A stretch of 64,000 nucleotides of DNA from Pseudomonadota bacterium. Lineage in GTDB: Bacteria > Pseudomonadota > Gammaproteobacteria > Burkholderiales > JBFMAC01. Under the pieces are notes generated by a model. It saw nothing but the letters and a program-made list of their open reading frames with translations. It was not told the origin of the DNA and searched no databases. Position numbers and translations under genes: made by a program. The stretch's first letter is position 1. Each line of letters starts with the position of its first letter. Shown here piece by piece: positions 9,337 to 16,843 of the stretch. The stretch lies in contig JBFMAC010000007.1 in the NCBI GenBank assembly GCA_040756015.1, forward strand, positions 42,685 to 106,684, in the 5' to 3' direction.

Positions 9337-11058
9337 TCACTTACTGGCTGCTTTCACGGCAGTTTCCAGCATTTCAGCATATCGCCGCAACACGTGACTC
9401 AACATGCCCCTGGCCAGCTCTTCCTCGCCAAAGAACACGGTGCCGATCGCATCCTTGCGCATGAGCAAGGATTCGTCCTCGTCGTGCGTACGTACCACGA
9501 TTTCGATGGCCGGGTTGAGCGTGCGCGCTATCTTCACCATTTGACGCACCCCGATGTAATCGGGTGTGGCGATGACCAGCATGGCCGCGTTGGCGATGTG
9601 CGCCTGGATGAGCACGGCCGGCTCGGTTGCATCGCCAGAAACCGCCGCCATGCCTTGCTTTCGGAGATTCTCGACCAGCTTCCGGTGCTGTTCGGCGACG
9701 ACGAACGGGATGCCATGCTCCTTGAGGGCATCCGCAATCCTGCGGCCGACGCGTCCGTAGCCGACTAGGACGATCTGCCCCTCCAGATACTTGCGCTCCG
9801 TGCTTGCCGGCAATTCCGCGTAGGGGCCAACCCGGCGCTCAAGGCGGCGTGCCAACTCAGAGCGCTGCAACACCCAATTGCGCAGGGGCGCGATAGCGGC
9901 AAATACGAATGGATTGAGCGTGATGGAGATAAACGCACCGGCGAGAATCAGGCTCATCCCTTCTGTCGGCAGGATGCCGAGCGATACCCCGAGGCCGGCG
10001 AGAATGAAGGAAAACTCGCCGATCTGGGCCAGGCTGGCCGCAACCGTCAGCGCGGTATTGAGCGGATAACGGAATGCCAGCACGAGTCCCATCGCGGCGG
10101 CAGACTTGCCCAGGATAATGATCGCTACCACGCCGATGACATGGCCGGGTTGCGCCATCGCCACGCCAGGGTCGAACAGCATGCCAACGGCCACGAAGAA
10201 CAGCACCGCGAATGCGTCGCGCAAAGGCAGCGATTCTTCGGCGGCGCGGTGGCTGAACTCGGACTCCCGCATCACCATCCCGGCGAAAAACGCGCCCAGC
10301 GCAAAGGATACGCTGAACAATTGCGCTGACCCATAGGCAATGCCGATCGCGATCGTGATCACGGCCAGCGTGAACAACTCTCTGGAGCCGGTGCGCGCGA
10401 TCTGCATCAGCATCCACGGCAACAGGCGGCGCCCTACGATGAGCATCAGCGCGATAAAGGCAGAAACCTCAAGCAGCGTAAATCCGACAGAACGCCATAA
10501 CGGCGTATCATTGGCCGCGGGCGCTGCGCCGCCCAATATCCTGGCCAGCGGTGGTAGCAAAACGAGCACCAGCACCGTGGCGAGATCTTCCACCACCAGC
10601 CAACCCACCGCGATGCGGCCATTCATGCTGTCCAGCAGGTCGCGCGCTTCGAGCGCCTTGAGGAGCACTACGGTGCTGGCGCAGGACAGGGACAGGCCGA
10701 AGACCAATGCGGCCCCTGGATTCCAGCCCCACCACAAAGCCATCCCCATGCTCAGCAGGGTGGCCAGTCCCATCTGCACCACGGCCCCCGGCAGCGCGAT
10801 GCGCCTGACCGAGAGCAGGTCGTCCAGCGAGAAATGCAGGCCGACGCCGAACATCAGCAGCATGACGCCGATTTCAGAGAGTTGGGACGCGGTTGACACA
10901 TCTGCCACGAAACCCGGCGTAGCCGGGCCGAGAATGATGCCGGCGAGCAGGTATCCGACCAATGCTGGAATTTTGAGCCGCTCGGCCACAAAGCCAAGGA
11001 TCAGCGCGCAACCGAAGGCTGCAACAAGCGTGGTGATCAGAGTGATGTTATGTTCCAT
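9337..11058 (-). CDS. CPA2 antiporter with C-terminal TrkA-N/KTN domain (YbaL/Kef-like)
   Basis: GVMLLMFGVGLHFS, LVVEDL, RDAFAVLFF, QIGEFSF and GYGRVG motifs; start moved to MEHNITL. Confidence 0.92.
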   Translation of the reverse strand: MEHNITLITTLVAAFGCALILGFVAERLKIPALVGYLLAGIILGPATPGFVADVSTASQLSEIGVMLLMFGVGLHFSLDDLLSVRRIALPGAVVQMGLATLLSMGMALWWGWNPGAALVFGLSLSCASTVVLLKALEARDLLDSMNGRIAVGWLVVEDLATVLVLVLLPPLARILGGAAPAANDTPLWRSVGFTLLEVSAFIALMLIVGRRLLPWMLMQIARTGSRELFTLAVITIAIGIAYGSAQLFSVSFALGAFFAGMVMRESEFSHRAAEESLPLRDAFAVLFFVAVGMLFDPGVAMAQPGHVIGVVAIIILGKSAAAMGLVLAFRYPLNTALTVAASLAQIGEFSFILAGLGVSLGILPTEGMSLILAGAFISITLNPFVFAAIAPLRNWVLQRSELARRLERRVGPYAELPASTERKYLEGQIVLVGYGRVGRRIADALKEHGIPFVVAEQHRKLVENLRKQGMAAVSGDATEPAVLIQAHIANAAMLVIATPDYIGVRQMVKIARTLNPAIEIVVRTHDEDESLLMRKDAIGTVFFGEEELARGMLSHVLRRYAEMLETAVKAASK

Positions 11059-11206
11059 TGGGTCGTGCCTGGCTCGGACACTCAACAGTACGTTGCAAGC
11101 GGTGAGGCAATGATGGCTTGCGGCATGGGCATGGCGGACTTCGGTTTTTGCGTGAAGGAATGGAGGAGCAGGGCGCCAGTAATCGGAATGTCTGAGAAAT
11201 TTTTCT

Positions 11207-12415
11207 TTACTTGGCGTCCATCTCCACCGCAGTTTTCAGCATTTCGAAAATGTCCGGGATGGCGGCCTTGACGCGGCTCCAGTTGGGGATGAGCGGACTA
11301 CCCATGGGATTCTCCATATAAGCCTGGGCCGCCATGGCGATGGCTTTGGTAAATGCCTCCACTGCCCTGGCCTCCTCATGGCGGTCGAACTCCAGGCCGT
11401 TGATGGTCGCATCGGCCTCATACTTCATCAGCGTGTCCTCGGCCTGCCTCAGGTAGCCCACGATCAGCGACTTGAACAGGCCGTCCGAAAACACCACGCC
11501 GTCGGACGCCAGCGTCCGGAACACGGATTTGCAGATATCCACCGTCATTTTCATCAGCCCCTTGCCCGCATCGTCAGCAGAAAGCACTTGGTGCTTGTGA
11601 TCGTAGGTCGCGGCGATGTCCACTTGGCATATCCGGTGCGGCGAGTAGTTGCGGTATACCTCGGCCAGCGAACCGACCTCCAGCCCCCAGTCGCTGGGGA
11701 TGCGGTTCACCCGCGCGAGGTCGGTGGTCATGCAAAATTCTCCGGCCAGCGGATAACGGAAGCTGTCGAGAAACACCAGGAAGCCGTGCTGGCCCACGAG
11801 TTGCTGCAGCGAGCGCACCAGCGGCGTCACCAGCAGCCGCGTGACGCGGCCGTTCATCTTGTTCGACACGCGGCTGTAATAACCCTTGCAGAACACGTAA
11901 TCCAGCGCGGGGCTGGCCACGGGATAGCACAGTCGCGCGAGCAGCTCGCGGCTGTAGGTGACGATGTCGCAGTCGTGCAGCGCGATCACGTCCGATTGCG
12001 CGCGCGCCAGCACGTAGCCGTAGGATAGCCAAGCCGAGCGTCCCTTGCCCTGCGGTCCCGGGTCCAGCCCGTTCCGCTTCAGCATTTCATAGATTTCGCC
12101 GATGCGCCTGCCGTTGTTGTGGATGATCCTGACTTCGGTGGGGATCGGCGACATGAATTCGCGCACCCGCTTCAGTTCCTGCTCCGACGCCCGGTCGAGG
12201 GCCAGCACGATCTCGTTCAGGTATTTCACCTTGGCCAGTTCCCGGACGATGCCGGGCATGGCCGGCCCCTCGAACTCCGAATAGAGCGCCGGCAGCACCA
12301 GCGCAATCGGCCTGGTTTTCGAGAAGGCGAACAACTCCGCCTCCAGCCGCTCCAGAGAGGGTTGGCCGAGCTGGTGCAGCGTGGTGATGATGCCGGACTG
12401 GTAGAAGTCAGACAT
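11207..12415 (-). CDS. gpgS: Glucosyl-3-phosphoglycerate synthase
   Basis: MSDFYQSGIITTLH N-terminus, GKGRSAW, LHDCD, KGYYSR, YPLAGEF, WGLEVG and YDHKHQ. Confidence 0.8.
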   Translation of the reverse strand: MSDFYQSGIITTLHQLGQPSLERLEAELFAFSKTRPIALVLPALYSEFEGPAMPGIVRELAKVKYLNEIVLALDRASEQELKRVREFMSPIPTEVRIIHNNGRRIGEIYEMLKRNGLDPGPQGKGRSAWLSYGYVLARAQSDVIALHDCDIVTYSRELLARLCYPVASPALDYVFCKGYYSRVSNKMNGRVTRLLVTPLVRSLQQLVGQHGFLVFLDSFRYPLAGEFCMTTDLARVNRIPSDWGLEVGSLAEVYRNYSPHRICQVDIAATYDHKHQVLSADDAGKGLMKMTVDICKSVFRTLASDGVVFSDGLFKSLIVGYLRQAEDTLMKYEADATINGLEFDRHEEARAVEAFTKAIAMAAQAYMENPMGSPLIPNWSRVKAAIPDIFEMLKTAVEMDAK

Positions 12416-12459
12416 GGGGCCTCCTGAATTTATCCAAGGGACACACTAAATGAGTTGTT

Positions 12460-12483
12460 ATTCCCGCTTTCGCGGGAACGACA
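12460..12483. repeat. Solitary ATTCCC-N8-GGGAA(T/C) REP/dRS3-like hairpin
   Basis: attcccgctttcgcgggaacgac in the intergenic gap. Confidence 0.55.
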
Positions 12484-12504
12484 AAACCACATTTGTTCGG
12501 CATT

Positions 12505-13209
12505 TCAGATGTGCTCGATCTCGTCTTTCGGTTGCTCGGCACGCTTCTCGGCCGACTCGCGCTCGATCACCCGTTTGGCCGCATCAATGCCGCCCACGCC
12601 GAAGGCGATGGCGAGCGCGATCACGATGCCGCCGAAGACGATGGAGAAGGCGGCGAGCACGATGCTGGGCGCGATCTGGAGCTGCTCCATGACCATGGCC
12701 AGGATCAGCACCGACAGCAGGGTGCGGACAGTTTCGGCGAGCAGCCTGGCGTAATGGAAGCCGCTGTTCGCTGCGGCGATCAGCACCGTGCGGCTGACGA
12801 ACCCGGACAGGGCATAACCGACCACCAGAATGACGACGGCGGAAAAAACACGCGGTATATAGCCGAAGAACTGTCCCACCATTTTGTCGATCGCGGCGAC
12901 CTTGAGCGCGCTCATGGCAACCATCAGCGTGACGATGGCCAGCAGCCAGAACATCATCGTGCCAATGATGGCGGATGGCCTGGCCCAGAGGTCGCCCTTG
13001 CGCATGAGGGTGGTGAAGCCCATGCGGTCGGACCAGCCGTCGAACTTGATCGTGGTGAGAAATTTGACCAGTATCACCTCGAACACTTTGGCCAGCAGGA
13101 TACCCATAACCAAAATGACCAGCATGGCCAGCAGCCCGGGCAGAAACGCCTTGAACGTGAGGAACAATTCCTGCATGGGCTCAAAAATCAGGTTCATAAA
13201 GTCTTCCAT
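12505..13209 (-). CDS. CmpX/MscS TM-helix-repeat membrane protein
   Basis: Hydrophobic protein with C-terminal FSIVFGGIVIALAIAFGVGG; start at MEDF with GGAGG RBS. Confidence 0.7.
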   Translation of the reverse strand: MEDFMNLIFEPMQELFLTFKAFLPGLLAMLVILVMGILLAKVFEVILVKFLTTIKFDGWSDRMGFTTLMRKGDLWARPSAIIGTMMFWLLAIVTLMVAMSALKVAAIDKMVGQFFGYIPRVFSAVVILVVGYALSGFVSRTVLIAAANSGFHYARLLAETVRTLLSVLILAMVMEQLQIAPSIVLAAFSIVFGGIVIALAIAFGVGGIDAAKRVIERESAEKRAEQPKDEIEHI

Positions 13210-13220
13210 GGGGCACCTCC

Positions 13221-14486
13221 TTAGCGTTGTTTCCAACCGGTTGTCAGGTAATCCTTCTTGCGCTCGAACTCCATACACAGCTTCTCAATTTCGGCTTCCG
13301 CCTCGGCCTGTTCCATGTTCCCGGCCTCCAGAACGAAGGCAGCGGTCTTGCCAACGTATAGCGGCGTGAGCGATTTGATCAAATGTTCTGCAGGCAGCTT
13401 TTTAAAATGAAAGGCGAGGGCGTAGTCATAGACGATTCGCGTCCACAGGCCGGGCGGGAAGCGGAATGCCGCGTCTTCCTGCGTCCCCAGCCGTTCCACC
13501 TCGCGCAGGTCGCCGGCGCCAAGGATGTCCAGCCAGACCTCATGTAAATTCCTGAGCCCTTCGCGGAAGATGCGCAGCATTCTCGTGGTGTTCACGTTGA
13601 CGTGCTCCAGCCCCACGGTATATTCGAAGCCGAAGGCGGGCACCGGCTCCGAGCCGCGGATCGGCATCCATACCCCGGCATAGTTCTCCATCAGCTCGAA
13701 GGTGGAGCTGACCACCTGGTACAGCATGTCGGAAAGGTCCGCGCCCGGGTCCTTGGCGTCGTGGATTTTTGCGCCGAGAAACGACTGCGCGACTTTGAAA
13801 CCGTTTGCCAGCGCCGTGGTGGTCATCCAGATGTCGATGCCAAAGCGCGCTACATCCGATTCCCACACGTCCTTGCCCAGGTAGAACTGCGCCAGCTTGC
13901 CGGAGAAGCCGAAGTCCCCACCGATCGGCTGGCGCACGCGCTTGCCGTAGAGCGCGCGGGTGAGCGGGTAGACGATGCTGTTGGTGATGGTGCCGTCGAA
14001 CTTGTGGCGATGATAGAGCGGCGCGACGTAGTCGAAGCCGCCTTCGAGCACCGGCTTCACCAGCAGCTCGATCCACTCCGGCGTGATGCTCCTGAGATCC
14101 GAATCAACCACCGCGCAGGACTGCACCTTCAGCGCCTGGGCGATCTCGAACACGCTGCGGAAGGCGCTGCCCTTGCCGGGAATTCCCGAATAGGGAAAGG
14201 CCAGCTTGGCAACGGGTGCGACGCGGTGGTGCAGGAGAATGGCATCGAAATCTTCGACGGAGGTGTTTCGCACCACATCCAGGGTGCCGTCGCTGGAACC
14301 GCCGTCCGAGTTGACGATCACGGCCTTGTACGCCGGGAAGTACTTGGCCAGCCCGGCCTGCACTGCCAAAACTACATGGCCGATGGTACGTGCGCTGTTG
14401 TAGCTCGGGATGCCGACGACGATGTCGGCCCGCCCTATCTGTTCGAGTTGTTCATGCACGTCATCCCTGAAAGTAACGGCATCCAT
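13221..14486 (-). CDS. GT2 glycosyltransferase, glucosylglycerate synthase (Ggs)/mannosylglycerate synthase-like
   Basis: IVVGIPSYN, SDGGSSDGT, GKGSA, VDSDL, RQPIGGDFG and FGIDIWMT motifs. Confidence 0.75.
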   Translation of the reverse strand: MDAVTFRDDVHEQLEQIGRADIVVGIPSYNSARTIGHVVLAVQAGLAKYFPAYKAVIVNSDGGSSDGTLDVVRNTSVEDFDAILLHHRVAPVAKLAFPYSGIPGKGSAFRSVFEIAQALKVQSCAVVDSDLRSITPEWIELLVKPVLEGGFDYVAPLYHRHKFDGTITNSIVYPLTRALYGKRVRQPIGGDFGFSGKLAQFYLGKDVWESDVARFGIDIWMTTTALANGFKVAQSFLGAKIHDAKDPGADLSDMLYQVVSSTFELMENYAGVWMPIRGSEPVPAFGFEYTVGLEHVNVNTTRMLRIFREGLRNLHEVWLDILGAGDLREVERLGTQEDAAFRFPPGLWTRIVYDYALAFHFKKLPAEHLIKSLTPLYVGKTAAFVLEAGNMEQAEAEAEIEKLCMEFERKKDYLTTGWKQR

Positions 14487-14498
14487 CGTTCATGCCCT

Positions 14499-16667
14499 TT
14501 ACGCTTGGATTCTGGTGCAAAGTACGAGTTGGATATCCATGACATTCGTTCCAGTCGGCCCGGTCTTGAAATGGCTATGCCCACCGGAGCGTTCATCGAA
14601 GTGCTGAAAGAATGAATATGAATCGTTGTTTTCAAGATACCGGGCCGGTTCCATCCCGAGCTGGCGTGCCTGTATGACGGTTTCCCCGTCCACCATTGCG
14701 CCCGCAGCATCGGTCGGGCCGTCGCTTCCATCGGTGCCGGCGGAAAGCATCGTTATGCCTGCCATCCTTTCGATTGCCAGGGCGAAGGCCAGCGCCAACT
14801 CCTGGTTCCTGCCGCCTTTGCCTGTTCCCCTGACGGTGACCGTGGTTTCGCCGCCATACAGCAGGCAAAGCCATTCGCCTTCCCGCAAACCGGCCTGTTT
14901 CGCGCGCGCGTTTTGCGCCAACATCTGTGCGGCAGTGCGCGCCTCCCCATGCAGTTCCACGCTGACGACCTCGGTCGCGCAGCCAAGCTGTCGCGCCTTT
15001 TCTTCCGCTGCCGCCAAGGCCAGGCGTATCCCGCCGACGATGGCGTGGCGCGTTGTCCTGAAACAGGGGTCTATGCCTTTTGCCGTTTCGGCCTCCTGCC
15101 CGGCCATCCCACGCCGCAAGTAATCCTCGACGAGCGCTGGCATTTTTTCGTGGAGGCCGTATTTCGCGAATACCGACCAGGCATCGGCGAAGGTCGATGC
15201 GTCCGGTGCGGTTGGCCCGGAGGCGATCACGTCGAGCCGATCGCCAATCACATCGGAAAGCAGCAGGGTCACTACTTGCGCCGGCCAGGCTGCCTGCGCC
15301 AGCCGCCCTCCCTTGACCGCAGAAAGATGCTTGCGCACGGCATTCAGTTCGGCTATGGACGCCCCCGCATTCAGCAGCAAAGCGGTCACCTGTTGCTTGT
15401 CCTGCAGTGTCACGCCGTCAGCGGGCGCGACGAGCAGGGCGGAAGCGCCGCCCGAGAAGAGGCAAACCACCAGCGTCCTGACATCGGCGGCGCGCACTAT
15501 TTCCAGCAAGCGTTGCGTCCCTGCCATCCCGGCCGCATCGGGAACGGGGTGGGCAGCCTCGGTTTGCTCGATGCAGCGGAGTGATGCCGTGTGACCTTGT
15601 TTTACGATCACCAGGCCGCCGGAAATGCGTGCGCCGAGCAGGTCCTCGATCGCCAGTGCCATGCGCGCCGTGGCTTTGCCGGCACCGACTACGATGATGC
15701 GGTCATACGCTGCGAGGTTGTATGCCGCTCCGCCTACCAGCAGATATCCATCCTCAAGCTTTGCGGCATTGAGCACCGCACGATATGGATCGGCGGCTGC
15801 AAGCGCGGCATCGAAGATTCCGGTCAGGCAGGCAGGTGCCGTAAGGTGAGCGGTTGTTTCGTGCGCTGCTTTGGGCGCCAGTAGTTGCAGTACGGCTTCG
15901 TTCCAGCCGAGCGGCCCGGCGTGTTGCGTTTTCAGCAGACCGGGAATGTCGATGCGCGAATCGAAGCTGCCGTCCGCATGCCGCACCAGCACCGGGCGAT
16001 CAACCGCCTGGAGCAGGGGCAAGTCATTCAGGCTGTTGCCCAGGCCGATGCTCGTGATCGCCCCGTACTCACGCTGGTAGAACGATTGGAGCAGGCCCAC
16101 GGCGCGGCCCTTGTCGTGGTTGCCCATGATGTGGAAGAACCGTCCTTGGGTCCAGCGCAGGCCGGACGCTTCGATGGCCTGCAGAAACTGCTCGTCGGGC
16201 GCTTCGTCGAACACGAAAGGCTCGTCGAAATCGCGTTGCTTGGCCAGGGCGGCCTCGTCGCGGGGAAGACCGGTCAAGGCGGCGATCTCATCGATTGTCA
16301 TATCAGTGAACCCGCGCACCTTGACCCCAAGCCGTTCACGCAGCAGGACGAACCGGTTCCTGACCTCTGCATGGGGCGTGCCGAGCACGATAAGCTGGTA
16401 GCCGGCGGATTCCACGGAGCCGATTGGGGTGGAAAAGTACCCTTGCGGAATGAATGCGCCTCCGCCATTCTCGGTGATGAAAGGGTGGCTGTTGCCGAGA
16501 CGTCGGCGATAGACCTCCATCTCCGTGCGCGTCTTGCTGGAGCAAAGGACCAGCGGCACACCTTGTTCCCACAGTACCTCCAATGCCGGCAGGGCTGCGG
16601 CAAAAGAGTAATCTGACGGATCGAGCAGCGTTCCATCCAGGTCGCTAACGATGATCGTTTTCGGCAT
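14499..16667 (-). CDS. Fusion of HAD-IIB glucosyl/mannosyl-3-phosphoglycerate phosphatase and glycerate kinase (MOFRL/GckA type)
   Basis: N-half SDLDGTLL, CSSKT, ENGG, QGRFFH, DKG; C-half GAGKA, HPVPD, SGGASAL, SDVIGD, GGRNQE, GTDGSDGPT, TGPTGTNVMD; one uninterrupted frame. Confidence 0.9.
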   Translation of the reverse strand: MPKTIIVSDLDGTLLDPSDYSFAAALPALEVLWEQGVPLVLCSSKTRTEMEVYRRRLGNSHPFITENGGGAFIPQGYFSTPIGSVESAGYQLIVLGTPHAEVRNRFVLLRERLGVKVRGFTDMTIDEIAALTGLPRDEAALAKQRDFDEPFVFDEAPDEQFLQAIEASGLRWTQGRFFHIMGNHDKGRAVGLLQSFYQREYGAITSIGLGNSLNDLPLLQAVDRPVLVRHADGSFDSRIDIPGLLKTQHAGPLGWNEAVLQLLAPKAAHETTAHLTAPACLTGIFDAALAAADPYRAVLNAAKLEDGYLLVGGAAYNLAAYDRIIVVGAGKATARMALAIEDLLGARISGGLVIVKQGHTASLRCIEQTEAAHPVPDAAGMAGTQRLLEIVRAADVRTLVVCLFSGGASALLVAPADGVTLQDKQQVTALLLNAGASIAELNAVRKHLSAVKGGRLAQAAWPAQVVTLLLSDVIGDRLDVIASGPTAPDASTFADAWSVFAKYGLHEKMPALVEDYLRRGMAGQEAETAKGIDPCFRTTRHAIVGGIRLALAAAEEKARQLGCATEVVSVELHGEARTAAQMLAQNARAKQAGLREGEWLCLLYGGETTVTVRGTGKGGRNQELALAFALAIERMAGITMLSAGTDGSDGPTDAAGAMVDGETVIQARQLGMEPARYLENNDSYSFFQHFDERSGGHSHFKTGPTGTNVMDIQLVLCTRIQA

Positions 16668-16843
16668 ACGGCCTTTCTGTCATTGATGGTTGCCATTGTT
16701 TGCCGGCAGGCGGGTTCCGCGCCCCGCAGTTTGCTTGCAGAATGCAGTGCAAGGCGGGCCATCCTCCAGGCAAGCCGAAATTGACGCACGCCGCAATGCA
16801 CCTTGTGCAAAGAATCAAGTATAGATGGTCGGGCGAGTTATCT

